A stretch of 64,000 nt of DNA from Octopus bimaculoides (Eukaryota): assembly GCF_001194135.2 (NCBI RefSeq), contig NC_068988.1, forward strand, positions 10,888,019-10,952,018. The letters run 5' to 3'. The position numbers were made by a program, and so were the translations under genes. Under the pieces are notes generated by a model, which was not told where the DNA came from, ran no database searches, and worked only from the letters and a program-made list of their open reading frames with translations. Below are positions 24,674 to 38,072 of the stretch, piece by piece (position 1 is the first letter of the stretch; each line of letters opens with the position of its first letter).

Positions 24674-25974
24674 CGGATGACAAGTGCGTTATGAGAGGTC
24701 ACAGTACTTTCTTGACACAATCAATCTTATCCTTTTCCATTCAGTTAAATTGCTTTCGTTCCTCAACAATTTCATCGCATTATGAACTGTGTTTGAAGTA
24801 TTTTGAGACCGAGGAAATTTAAAGTAAATATTTAATATATACGTCAACATAATATGTTGATAGGTTCTTTGCGGAAAATCAATTCTTCTTCGAATAGAAT
24901 CGTGATAAATTAGTTAAACTGTATATTTGCAATGCTATTTATTAATGACATGCGATTACTCTTCACTGATCTTGATATATCGCTATCCACTTAGCTACTA
25001 CTCATGTCACATATTACGGGAATTTATACAAATATTTCTATTAATCTTTGGTGTCATTATTATTGAAGTTTTCCTTTAAGATTATTATATACGGACTTAG
25101 CAAAAGTTAACTTTTACTCTTCTTGTCATATAAACATATGAATGACTTAATATAATAAAATATCACAGAGTCGTTTGCACCTCAATTGTTATATTCACTT
25201 TACATTAATTATGCGGTTATACTGCTCTGTCTGTCGACACTTTTTACATTCACACACACGCGAATTTATACGTACGTCCACACACATATAGGTACAAGCA
25301 CTAATACGAGTATGTATATATGTGGAGATATATATATATATANNNNNNNNNNNNNNNNNNNNNNNNNNNNNNNNNNNNNNNNNNNNNNNNNNNNNNNNNN
25401 NNNNNNNNNNNNNNNNNNNNNNNNNNNNNNNNNNNNNNNNNNNNNNNNNNNNNNNNNNNNNNNNNNNNNNNNNNNNNNNNNNNNNNNNNNNNNNNNNNNN
25501 NNNNNNNNNNNNNNNNNNNNNNNNNNNNNNNNNNNNNNNNNNNNNNNNNNNNNNNNNNNNNNNNNNNNNNNNNNNNNNNNNNNNNNNNNNNNNNNNNNNN
25601 NNNNNNNNNNNNNNNNNNNNNNNNNNNNNNNNNNNNNNNNNNNNNNNNNNNNNNNNNNNNNNNNNNNNNNNNNNNNNNNNNNNNNNNNNNNNNNNNNNNN
25701 NNNNNNNNNNNNNNNNNNNNNNNNNNNNNNNNNNNNNNNNNNNNNNNNNNNNNNNNNNNNNNNNNNNNNNNNNNNNNNNNNNNNNNNNNNNNNNNNNNNN
25801 NNNNNNNNNNNNNNNNNNNNNNNNNNNNNNNNNNNNNNNNNNNNNNNNNNNNNNNNNNNNNNNNNNNNNNNNNNNNNNNNNNNNNNNNNNNNNNNTATAT
25901 ATAAAAACAACACATGAGTATATGCATATATATGTACATGTATGTATATACGTTCATCCACATGTACATATAGA

Positions 25975-26220
25975 TACATAACTGGGTGCATGACGTGGCA
26001 AAAGAACAAGGACAAAAATGGTAAACAAGGTGCAACAAACAAGCAGGCCACATAGAAACATCCCCTTCATCAGCTGCCACCATTAAAACTCCGGCGTTTC
26101 GAAGAATTAAGGCAGTACGCATCGTTAAAATGGTTCTTCCCACGAACACAAATAAAATTGTTTTCGTGGAGGGTAGTGGCGGACGGAAAACAAGACAGGA
26201 AAACGAAACGGTGATATACA
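25975..26220 (-). mobile_element. Penelope-LTR-like short repeat
   Basis: Minus strand: ttcttcGAAACgccggagttttaatggtggcagCTGATGAaggggat; the same motif order occurs at 27497-27540 on the plus strand. Confidence 0.5.
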
Positions 26221-26620
26221 TACATACCTGCATATACTTTTTTTTGAGTAAAGCTCTTTCCGGTAATTCTTCTGAGTCAATACATGCTGAGTTCAAAATG
26301 CCATGGGTTCAACTTTGGTTTTCCCAGAGATCAATAAAATAAATTATCATTCAATTTCTTAGATATAGAATATCAAAGATACCCTCCACTCTATATTGCT
26401 GCTCTTGTACCAATCTATGTAATATTTATCAAATATTCGCGCTGCTCTTCAAATGTTTTTTCTTCTTAATTAATACTCTGATTTCAGAAATAGCCCATTT
26501 TTACGGAAGTGATTTTTATGCTCTTTAGTTTTAATTGTTTATACTTTACGTTCAAATTCCTCAAAGTTCAATTCTATAATTTTTCATTGGTGAACATTAA
26601 ATGAAATACATTCAATTCTT

Positions 26621-26755
26621 TTCTATTCTAGGCAGAAGGGCAACTGGTACTTAATTTACCGACCTTGAAAGGATGAAAGCAAAGTGGACCTCGGCGGAAT
26701 TTGAACTCAGAATGTAAAGAGACGAAATACCGCTAAGCGTTTCGCCCGTCGCTTT
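26621..26755 (-). mobile_element. SINE family A
   Basis: actggtacttaatttaccgaccttgaaaggatgaaagcaaagtggacctcggcggaatttgaactcagaatgtaaagagacgaaataccgctaagcgtttcgccc is the reverse complement of the 45188 copy. Confidence 0.9.
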
Positions 26756-27016
26756 CTTAAATAGAATACATTCAAGCAAACATATGAAAGAAAGTGAGCC
26801 GCCGGTGCAACAAGATGCATCACTATGGATGGGCGCGTTTGTACCCTAGTGCAGTCTGTTAGTTTGAAAATGGCTCAATAACAGATAATATCACTGATGT
26901 CGGGTACCCGCAGATATGTTTGGCGTTAAAGGAGAAACTCACTGCACGAATATTATAATTGCTAAAGATTTAACGAAAGCGTTCATACAGTAAAGAAACA
27001 TCTTCCGAAAAAAGGT

Positions 27017-27112
<96 letters not shown>

Positions 27113-27339
27113 ATTGAAAAACAGGTTTTTAAAGAAAGAAGACTACACGTGGTGTAAATAGAGGAAAAGTAAAAAGAAACAAAGAAATGCATATTAGTTA
27201 TAAAATGTAATCGTTTTTTTTTATAAAAACAAAGTATTATAATATAAATACATGATTTGAGATGGAATTTAGAGCTATACATATCAATATTATGAGGCAT
27301 TATAGAAAGTCATACCGGTTTCAACATAGCTAATCACTG

Positions 27340-27620
27340 ACTTTTAATCAACGCCCATTTCCAAACGGTTTCGGCTGTAATAGTCCCAGAGTGAAAAGAC
27401 TGCATGCAAGAGATGTAACCAGTTCAGAATCCTCTGTGTAGTTGGTTGGTCCACTACTCAGGAAGAGACTATTCTAGAGTACGTCCTGTCTGGTCTTCGA
27501 AACGTCTAGATAGAATAGAGACAGCTGATGAAGGGATATTCCAAGGGGCTTTCCGTTTTCCTATGTGTTCGTTCCGTTGTCTGTAGTTTATTGTTCTAAC
27601 GTCCTGTACCCTGATATGCA
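27340..27620 (+). mobile_element. Penelope-LTR-like short repeat
   Basis: gtcttcGAAACGTCtagatagaatagagacagCTGATGAagggatattcc; homologous to 25975-26220. Confidence 0.5.
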
Positions 27621-30216
27621 TGTATATACACATGTAGATGTAAGTATGTACATATATGTGTGTATACATGTATATATATTCTTTGTATTATTACATTATT
27701 GAACGCACACGTCCTNNNNNNNNNNNNNNNNNNNNNNNNNNNNNNNNNNNNNNNNNNNNNNNNNNNNNNNNNNNNNNNNNNNNNNNNNNNNNNNNNNNNN
27801 NNNNNNNNNNNNNNNNNNNNNNNNNNNNNNNNNNNNNNNNNNNNNNNNNNNNNNNNNNNNNNNNNNNNNNNNNNNNNNNNNNNNNNNNNNNNNNNNNNNN
27901 NNNNNNNNNNNNNNNNNNNNNNNNNNNNNNNNNNNNNNNNNNNNNNNNNNNNNNNNNNNNNNNNNNNNNNNNNNNNNNNNNNNNNNNNNNNNNNNNNNNN
28001 NNNNNNNNNNNNNNNNNNNNNNNNNNNNNNNNNNNNNNNNNNNNNNNNNNNNNNNNNNNNNNNNNNNNNNNNNNNNNNNNNNNNNNNNNNNNNNNNNNNN
28101 NNNNNNNNNNNNNNNNNNNNNNNNNNNNNNNNNNNNNNNNNNNNNNNNNNNNNNNNNNNNNNNNNNNNNNNNNNNNNNNNNNNNNNNNNNNNNNNNNNNN
28201 NNNNNNNNNNNNNNNNNNNNNNNNNNNNNNNNNNNNNNNNNNNNNNNNNNNNNNNNNNNNNNNNNNNNNNNNNNNNNNNNNNNNNNNNNNNNNNNNNNNN
28301 NNNNNNNNNNNNNNNNNNNNNNNNNNNNNNNNNNNNNNNNNNNNNNNNNNNNNNNNNNNNNNNNNNNNNNNNNNNNNNNNNNNNNNNNNNNNNNNNNNNN
28401 NNNNNNNNNNNNNNNNNNNNNNNNNNNNNNNNNNNNNNNNNNNNNNNNNNNNNNNNNNNNNNNNNNNNNNNNNNNNNNNNNNNNNNNNNNNNNNNNNNNN
28501 NNNNNNNNNNNNNNNNNNNNNNNNNNNNNNNNNNNNNNNNATATATATATATATATATATATATACAAGAATGTGAGTGAATGTGTGTGTGAGACTGAGT
28601 TTATATGTGTGCCTGCGTGTGAGTGCGTGTTTGTATCGCTGTGTGTGTGTGTGTGTATGTGTGTGTGTATGTGTGTTTGTGTGTGTGTGTGTGTGTGTTT
28701 GCATGTGTGTATTATGACACTAGATATATCTTAATAAACGTATCAACAATACTACGATAGTACTTCACCATTCGCTTTGCAGAGTCGATAAAATAATATA
28801 ATCGACCTCTGAAGCTGACAAACGTTCCTGTCTAATCGAAAGTAGCAAAAGACAGAGAAATATTTTGAAACTTTAACTGTAACTGTCATAACACTGAAGA
28901 AAATAATATCTGTCTTTCTGTTGTGCTTCAGTGCAGTGTCTGGAGCATTTACAATCATTAATTTTTGACTAACGAGATTAGCAAACCCATCTACTGGCAA
29001 CAAGTAGGAGAAACATAAGATTAAATATTGTTTTTATCACTTTAAAACCAAAACAAACGTTCATTTTAGTGGGCTGCCTGTCCTATTACGTGATCTATTT
29101 CCATGGAATTTGAAGTGGTGCAATATATATTTAAAGGAAATTTATGGATTAGATAATTTTGTATGCTTCTCATGAAGTAATTCAGATAAGAAAATGTCAT
29201 CAATAATTCTATGCGGAGTACAAACGAAGAGCAGAAAAAAAATCAGTGAATAGAGCGTACGTCCGTTGCATAAAGAAATGCGTTTGAAGCCAAGCCAAAT
29301 CATATATTCAAATTCAGTGAGGTAGATTCACCTGCTGTGTCGTAGCATTATGAAATACAAAACGACACTCAACGCCCAATAATTGCGTAAAAGTAACGTA
29401 CAAGATAATTCTGCAATGAAACTTCCTGAGGTTACGTATAAAAAGATTTCATATAACCAGGCAGAGACAGAACGTGCGGTTCGGCAACAATTACATTATG
29501 CGTCATTATGAATGTGTTCGCTTTACAAATAAAAAAATAAGTGACAAATTTTTGAATACATTCAGGATAACCATCTTATTTTGATAGTTCTCTTTTTCAT
29601 TTAAGAGAAAATGCATTTCATTTTTATTAGGCTTCATATTATATGTCTATCTCAGGAATCTATGTTGCATAAGTCGTGTAACAAAAATCTGTAGGAAAGT
29701 TAAAACATTGATGAAAGAAAACGTTGAAATACAATATTCAACACATATTTCCTTGGCGGGATGATATAAATACTTTGCATTTTGGATTTTTTTTAATTTG
29801 AGAAATATTACATCGTATTTGACAAAAGCCAATAAAATCACTGGTCTTGCTTACATGAAATACTATTTACAATTGCAGCGCATTGTGAAAGAATAAGTTA
29901 AGAGATACTTTAAATTCTGGTTATTTGAAGGTATTTATTTTGATGACAGTGGAAGGAAAATACATTCTCGATGGTTTAGAATATGTTGTTTTCCTCTGAA
30001 ACGTTTGGCTACCGGTGAAAGATTTGCATTATCATTATTTTATTTCCTCAGAAACCAATAACTTGTAGTTTCTGTTTTTCGCTCAGAGCAATATACTGTT
30101 TTGTTAGTTCTTTTTCATCCTACGATGTTTCCCAATAGATATTTTCCCTTTCTTCATAATATCTGCAAGCGGCTTCACAATTTGAATTGCTCTAAACTAT
30201 CCTATCTAATGTTGCT

Positions 30217-30482
30217 GTGTCTGGGAAAACTCATTCTCTTTTAGTGTCTTATGACTTAGCACACTCACCGGTTCGATTTCCAGTCATTTACTTATTTATT
30301 TTTTCTGAACTTTACATTGCTTCTTGCAACATTTTCAATAGTCGTCGACTCTCAACATCTACTGAAAAGGTTGCGAGAAGCAATGGAGATGTTAGAAAAA
30401 TAAACAAGCAAATGAGTGGAAATCGAACCGGTGAGTGTATTAAGTAATAAGACACTAAAAGAGAATGACTCTCCCCAGATAC
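30217..30482. repeat. Long inverted repeat / foldback (arms about 125 bp, loop 17 nt)
   Basis: 30217-30341 pairs with 30359-30482 at roughly 80-85% by eye, e.g. ttctcttttagtgtcttatgacttagcacactcaccggttcgatttcc versus ggaaatcgaaccggtgagtgtattaagtaataagacactaaaagagaa. Confidence 0.92.
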
Positions 30483-30563
30483 AATAAATTATGCTTCAAC
30501 ACAAGAATTCACATCTTGCAATCCAAATACAAAAGAGAATCTTGCAAACGAAATAAAAAACGA

Positions 30564-30680
30564 AATTCTATCTAATATCCCTGAATTCTATCTAATATCC
30601 CTGAATTCTATCTAATTTATGGATATTAGATAACTATGGATATTTATCTAATATCCATAAAATCCTATCTAATATCCAAC
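30564..30680. repeat. Tandem plus inverted array of the TATCTAATATCC motif
   Basis: 20-bp unit aattctatctaatatccctg about 2.7 times, then a 15-bp perfect inverted pair tatggatattagata / tatctaatatccata, then another copy. Confidence 0.88.
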
Positions 30681-31464
30681 GATGTTACTGCTTTGGTTTT
30701 TATTTCATTATGTCTCATTGCTAATCAAATGTTATCAAGTTTATATTATTTTGCACTTAATATTCTTTCTCTAGAATGCAATATTGAACTATAAGATCTC
30801 GGAACAATAATCAAGCATACCTCGGACCGGAACTGTTCGAAATTTCCAAATTCCCTAGTCGTCATCATATATACTTAAAATATACAATAAACTGTAAAAA
30901 AATTTAAATCTAAATTGTATTTAACAAATCCAAATTAATATAATTCAAAAACTTGGAAACCGGGACTGTCTCATATTTATTCTTCCAATTGAAATTCCGT
31001 ACCTTGAGTACATAATTTCTGTACTATTGAGTACTGTGTAAAGTTTATATTTTACTGTGCCTTGAGTACAGTGTAAAGTTTATAGGATAAAAATTGAACG
31101 AAGAAAAGTCAAGTATAAGATTTTATTGAACAAAAGACGTACAAACTAATACATTTCTAAATCAGAGTATATTTGACGTTTATAAATCTACATAAAACGA
31201 GAAATGAACAAAACTATTCTTCATGAACCGCATTCAAATTCACCGATTCAAACTTACGGTTTGTTTATTCTATGCAGGGAACGGCATATGGCACGGAGTT
31301 GCACAGTATTTCTGGATTTCCTATAGCAGGATAGGGAATCCGATATTCTATTAAAAATACGATTTAGTTAATATAACATAGAAATATGTTACTCTCCATA
31401 ATGAAACGATGATATTTACTTGTATCATATAACGTTATATCCTTCTCCAGACATACACTCATAG

Positions 31465-31670
31465 TGCCGGTTTCCTTGCTTCTATGGCGTATATCTTCCC
31501 CACATGGACGGGACGCCGGTCCGTCGCAGGATTATACATTTTAGCCAGCTGAGTGGGTTGCAACAACGTGAAATGAAGTGTTTCGCTAAAGAAGTTAACG
31601 TATCACTCGGTCCAGGAAATGAAACCACAATCTTGCGATTATGAGACCTTGCGATTATGCATAACGTATT
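31465..31670 (-). mobile_element. tRNA-derived SINE family C (V/Deu-domain-like)
   Basis: ggacgggacgccggtccgtcgcagg...gccagctgagtgggttgcaacaacgtgaaatgaagtgtttcgctaaagaa...ccaggaaatgaaaccacaatcttgcgat; the head is homologous to 55232-55366. Confidence 0.75.
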
Positions 31671-32592
31671 TCTTTCATTTCGAGGACGACTGACATATGA
31701 CATCTTTTTTTATCAAGTCGGAATGCTATGCCATGTGCTGGTATTGTGATACGTGAATAATCTTAATAGTCATCTTTTGACTAACCGAGTAATTCTTTCT
31801 TATATTTCGGTTTAGTGGAAAACCAGACAAACATTTTTTTTTCTTATTTCTATTTGTAAGTAAATTTATAAAGGTTACAGTTATAAACTTTGAAGTTCAT
31901 TCTGTATATTCATAATTATTAAATGCCAATGTGTCTTCGCTTGTAATTATGTAAGTATAACTTGAGTATTGTTAACTTCTACTTTTCTATGTGCAGTACT
32001 AATTGAAAAAGTATAGTTCTGCAAACAATAACCATTTCAAATATAGATATAGAACAGTACTCCTTCAGAGAAGACTGAAGTAAAGTTTTTAAGAAAATAA
32101 TTGTGTCTACACTGCCTTTGGTCATGACTTCAAAGTCTTGCAGACATTATAATTCTAAAACGCAACCATTTACAATTACACTACTCGTGTTATATCAGAA
32201 GTTAAAAGAACATCAATTTTCTGCATGTTATTTTTGAAGAGTATTTATCAGAGGCCTCCACTGCACTGCCCGCCATGATATATATATATATATANNNNNN
32301 NNNNNNNNNNNNNNNNNNNNNNNNNNNNNNNNNNNNNNNNNNNNNNNNNNNNNNNNNNNNNNNNNNNNNNNNNNNNNNNNNNNNNNNNNNNNNNNNNNNN
32401 NNNNNNNNNNNNNNNNNNNNNNNNNNNNNNNNNNNNNNNNNNNNNNNNNNNNNNNNNNNNNNNNNNNNNNNNNNNNNNNNNNNNNNNNNNNNNNNNNNNN
32501 NNNNNNNNNNNNNNNNNNNNNNNNNNNNNNNNNNNNNNNNNNNNNNNNNNNNNNNNNNNNNNNNNNNNNNNNNNNNNNNNNNNNNNNNNNNN

Positions 32593-32627
<35 letters not shown>

Positions 32628-33424
32628 CATACTTGCATACACACACATGCGTACATACGTACGTACATACATGCATGCATACATACATACATGCATACAT
32701 ACATACATGCATACATATATACATACATACTGGGTACACCACGTTGATAATTTGATGTAGACTTATGTTATAAATAGAAACAATACATAAACTTGGCCTT
32801 AGAATTTAATATCGTTACTATTATAAATACCTTTAAAATAGTATCATTTAACGTGCGGCACTACAGTATTGTCTAGAAAACGTACGACGCTCAAACACTA
32901 GTCGATCCACGAGGCTAACATATACATGACTGCTATTCATGAACCGATGTTATTTATTTATCCAGGCTGTGTATGCATGAAATCTAACTTTAATTTTACA
33001 CAAGTCTCGTATACTGTGTTCGTGAGTCTTGATATCACGGTTCCTTCCATGAATGTTAATAACATAAATTCAATATACATTATCGCATCATATAATACTT
33101 ACTGCTGGCTTAATTCATGAACCCATAATTTACATCCATTTCCATCATTTAATATCGTTCATTAAACTTGATTGCTTCTTGCAGATTACTTACAAGTTCA
33201 GGTTAAACGCTTGATCCAGAAACTGCATGCCGAATTGAAATTTCAATCAGTGTGAATTTTGATAAAACTTGTGGTATCTCTTACAAAACACTACCCTCAT
33301 CGGTGAGGTATTTCTACATTATTAATCCCTTCGGGGACGATGTAAGTTTGTGTATGTTAATCCGAATTTTACTATGAAATCTATGTTAAAATACATAAAC
33401 TATTTAACGCACATGCACGCACAC

Positions 33425-33427
33425 GCA

Positions 33428-33465
<38 letters not shown>

Positions 33466-33737
33466 TGTGTGTGTATGTGTATATGAGTTTGTGCATACAT
33501 ATATATATGTACACAGATAGATGTATTTATACATGTATAAATAGATAGATAGAATAGATAGATTAGATAGATAGATAGATAGATATATAGATCGACGGGA
33601 GGACAGAGACAGATAGACATACAAACAGTCAGACAGATATATATAGAGAGAGAGAGACACAGAGAGAGTGAGAGAGAGAGAGAGATAGGTAGGTAGGTAG
33701 ATAGGTAGGTAGGTAGGTAGGTAGGTAGGTAGGTAGG
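33425..33737. repeat. Compound microsatellite cluster (CA)n-(TG)n, (GATA)n, (GA)n, (GGTA)n
   Basis: Directly visible. Confidence 0.95.
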
Positions 33738-34805
33738 TTGCGGGTTAAGTTATATCAAACTTTCAATCAATGCTGGAGATTCCGCTCTGCATAGCAGATG
33801 TTTGTAATTCGTGCGCAGATGGAATTGAGCTCTGGTATTCAAATAAAAGTGTACACTTTACACACTGCATGTAATTATAACTCAGAGAAATAATTGTAGT
33901 CAGGACCTTGCATTCTACTGCATAATTTCCGCAAACATGCTGCCCATTTACATACCATTCCATCTGATATTTTTCCTAGGTTGGCTATATTAAACAATGT
34001 GTTGCAACTGAGAGATGGGAAAATTATATGTAGCTTTGATAGAAATGACAGATGGCAATCATGGCTTTCCTTTCTGTCGACTAATGCACGAATAAATGAA
34101 TCTAAATAGACGGTTTCAGAAGAGAATTAGCTCGTATAAGTTTGGAGTTTCGCATTATAGCGTGTTTGTCTATGCGTGTATAAAACAAGAAGTAAATAGG
34201 ATGTTAGACTTTTCGTTCTTCACTTTTTTTTTCTCTTTCTTTCTCCTTTGTTTTCCCTAATTTCATATATTGACTGGATTGCAATGACAATGAATCTCAA
34301 AAATTACAAGGCATCTTACATAGATGGCGTTTTTCTACCTTCTGAATTCTTAGAACTTTCGTGAAGAACTAAACGTGTTACTGAAACCTCATGAAACTCA
34401 ATTACACATGTAACTCTTCCCTGCAACGTTTTTTTTTTTATTTTTATGCTTTACTTACTTCAGTCATTAATGTGTGGCCATGAAGAATTTTCGTCGAATA
34501 GATCGACTCTAGTCCCTTTTTGAAAATCTTTATTCTGTCAGTCTCTTTCACCGAACTGCCAAGTTACAGGGCCGCAAACACACTGACATTGGTTGTCAAG
34601 CCTTATTACGCGGGGAGAAAAAAAGACAAACACACATGCACACATAGAGACACACGTATAAACACACGCGCGCGCGCGCGCATACACACACACATACAGA
34701 CTTTCCGTACATGAAATACACAGAGGCTCTGGTCGACTGAGGATATTGAAGAAGATATTACCGCTTTAGTGATGAAGACTCGTAAAATATTACATTTCTA
34801 ACATA

Positions 34806-35988
34806 TAACGGGTGCGTAAGGTATTTAAGTACATACATTTGTTGGGGCCATTACTGTATATTTTGGTAACTGTATATGTTTTCAGAAAATAATTATGACA
34901 GACCCTCAGCTTACTCAAGAAATGAAGAGGCATGCTGTTATTGTGGTTATAAAGCCTGAGCATCGTCATTTATACAAGTTGACAGAAATATCCTCTACAA
35001 AGTTTGTAAGGAGCTACAGACTGAAGTATCAAAGCGTTAAAAGCATTCTAAACGCTCTAAAATCATCGGAACATCTTAATGTATTAATCAAGCTCAACAG
35101 ACCATTGGTTACAATTCCAGAATGCTCATGAGGTCAATTGCAAAAGATCTTCATGTGTCAGAAGGAAGAGTCAGGTATCAGATATAAGCCTTATATTTTG
35201 AGAAAAAATCAATTTGTCCGATAAAGCAAACGAACATCTCTACATCAGGTCTAAAATGGTCGTAAACAAACTGAAAAATCCAGCAGAAGAAGATTTCTGA
35301 AACGAGAAAAACTTCCACCAAAATCAAAAGGTTATCAGAAGAAATGACAGCTGTTTATGTGCAGACCCTTCTGAAGTTCCAAGTGTGTTATACATAAAAA
35401 GATTCTTGCAGCTCTCATGGTTTTATGGGCTGTCAGCAATGGAGGACATGTAATACCAGCTTACTTCTTTCCACAGGGCCTACATTGAGGTCCTGGAAAT
35501 AATTGTTATGCCCTGGATAGTGTCTTCAATGGAAGGCCATATGTGTTCAGTAAGACTGTGCAGTATCACACATAGCTCTAGTAACACAGGAATAGATGGC
35601 TGAAAATTTTTATGATCACATACCACCTAACATTTGGGCTCCGAATTCTCGAGATCTCATCAATTGGACTATTACACGTAGAGATGTTGCGAGAAAGAGG
35701 ACAATGAACATGCCCATAACACCAAAGTTTCTATGAAAGCTTCCATTGTTAGGGGAATGTCCAAAATTAACCAGGACCACTTCTTTCGAGCTTGTAGGTG
35801 ATTTAGATCTCATATAGAAGCAGTTGTGACTAAAGGTGACTTTATTGAATAACATTATAGAAAAGGTTTATTTCTATTCTAATAATATTTTTTGAGAAAT
35901 AGACTTATTATCTGTTACTATATATCTGATTTTTTTTTTGTTTTTTTATAAAATGAATCTGTACTCAAATATCCTGCACACCCCATAT
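34806..35988 (+). mobile_element. Tc1/mariner DNA transposon, DD37D (maT-like), near full length, inactivated
   Basis: Transposase pseudogene from about 34895: MTDPQLTQEMKRHAVIV..., EKNFHQNQKVIRRNDSCLCADPSEVP, PYVF..DCAVSHIALVTQE*MAENFYDHIPPNIWAPNSRDL..LDYY (37 residues between the second and third D after one frameshift correction). Imperfect TIRs acgggtgcgtaaggtatttaagtaca / tgtactcaaatatcctgcacacccca with TA flanks. Confidence 0.9.
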
Positions 35989-37441
35989 ATAACAAGCATC
36001 ACGACGAACGAGCCCGAACAGAAAAACTGCAAATTCCAGCAGAGTGGCCTTTTATATCTACACTCTATATTATCTACTAAGGTAAATATATCCCAACTTG
36101 CTTCCTCCACCCAAGATTGCTGACTGCACACATCTCTCCTATTAACACCCATATTGTTTCCGCTTTAGGTTGATGTACTGACCACTCAGTACAATAGTCT
36201 TCCATGTTCTCCTTTGCGTAACGGAACATTTTTTCAACACAGTTTCCATTAATTGTGGAAAAACTAAATGCACTTGGTTCAAAATGTTGGCAACCGGATT
36301 GAACGTAGGTTTTTTCCTTCAGATGTATTCATTAAGAAACATTAAAATCAAATCGCAGAAATCATTTCCACAAACTATGTATTCACTCGGCCATGATTCA
36401 ATCATGTGTCCATTCGGCCACATTTTAATAAGAAAGTAGAAAATCTAAAAATAACACAACATACAAATGTATAATCAGTTATCAACGGCAAGTAACTCAC
36501 ATTCATATTTTTATACCAAGGACAATTATAATATTAATCAATAAAAGCAATTAATTTTGAAAGTTTTTATTCATTAAGTAGTTATTCTTTATTAAAAAAA
36601 AACATTTCTAAATATACTCCACCAGAAAATTTATTTCCATCATTAACTAAATGTTACAATATTATACTAAATAATTTTCTTTATCTTAATTCATTGAAAC
36701 ATATGTTTCTTTTCTACCAACTGCTTAAAAGCTTTACCTGCCTTATGAATATGTAGGCAGATATTTGATTTACATTTTTAATTAAACTAATATCTTCATT
36801 TCAGTAGTAAATGTCTGTGGAAGCCACATTATGGCACATATAAATAAACCTTATTCTTTCCACTATCCCTTCTGGTTTCATTCGCCCCAAGTTTTACTTC
36901 CGTACTCTTCTAAACTTAGGTTTTACTCTGCAACTCATCATGTCAAAGGTCTCTACTACTTATCAATTATCTTTCCTTCTTTATCTCTCAATTAGATTCT
37001 CTCTCCCTCTCTACTTCTAGCTCCTTACTACAATGTGCCAGTGTTATCTTAAGTCAACAAAAGTTTATGATTTCTCACTTAAAAGCAAAGGAGGCAAATC
37101 TGTTGTTTTCCCAATTTTTTTCTTTTCTTAATGCTGAAGGCATACGAAATCTGAAAGTTTGTATAATCCGTTCGCCTCCCCAAAACAACTACTCTTTTTA
37201 CGTTATTTTAACCAAATTATACAAGTCTTACCCATGGCAAGTACAATGAGTCTCAATACATTCTATTTAATATGTTTTACCTAGAACAAACATTGCTCTT
37301 TATGCCATATGTTCCCTAATTAATGAGAATTTTTTTTCTTCTGGTGAGGGGTACCAACATCTACTTTGCCTATTTACGAATTGAAAATTAATTGCCGTCC
37401 GTTATTCAAATTCTTATTTTACTGCGCATTCAATGAAAACT

Positions 37442-37477
<36 letters not shown>

Positions 37478-37673
37478 NNNNNNNNNNNNNNNNNNNNNNN
37501 NNNNNNNNNNNNNNNNNNNNNNNNNNNNNNNNNNNNNNNNNNNNNNNNNNNNNNNNNNNNNNNNNNNNNNNNNNNNNNNNNNNNNNNNNNNNNNNNNNNN
37601 NNNNNNNNNNNNNNNNNNNNNNNNNNNNNNNNNNNNNNNNNNNNNNNNNNNNNNNNNNNNNNNNNNNNNNNNN

Positions 37674-37757
<84 letters not shown>

Positions 37758-38072
37758 CACAGAGAGATTTTATATTACAGAAGAACATCTTTGTGGATAG
37801 AATTTTCAGTGGATATGCTCATTTCAATTCTTATTCCTTTCTCTGCGTAAATACGTGCTCTAGATAGCGCAGTATGCATCTCAACTTGAAAAATGATTTA
37901 GAAAGATGTATTGCACTGGCAGAGAAGTTTCAACAGCTTTAATTACGTTCCATTGTGCCTTATTGCATATCAAGAAAAATTTTGCTTACAAGGCAATTCT
38001 TTACGTATACGTGTAAAGCGGAACCCTATTACTCCATTTCTGTTCTCTCTATCTGTCTCTTTCTTTTCTGTC

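Noticed and set aside
30564-30680. CRISPR-like repeat array (also considered for 20006-20155)
   Set aside because: No unique spacers of regular length, no cas genes, and a eukaryotic context.
33763-33963. 66-aa minus ORF (MEWYVNGQHVCGNY...)
   Set aside because: Faintly Ig-like start but no further motif support and no canonical donor.
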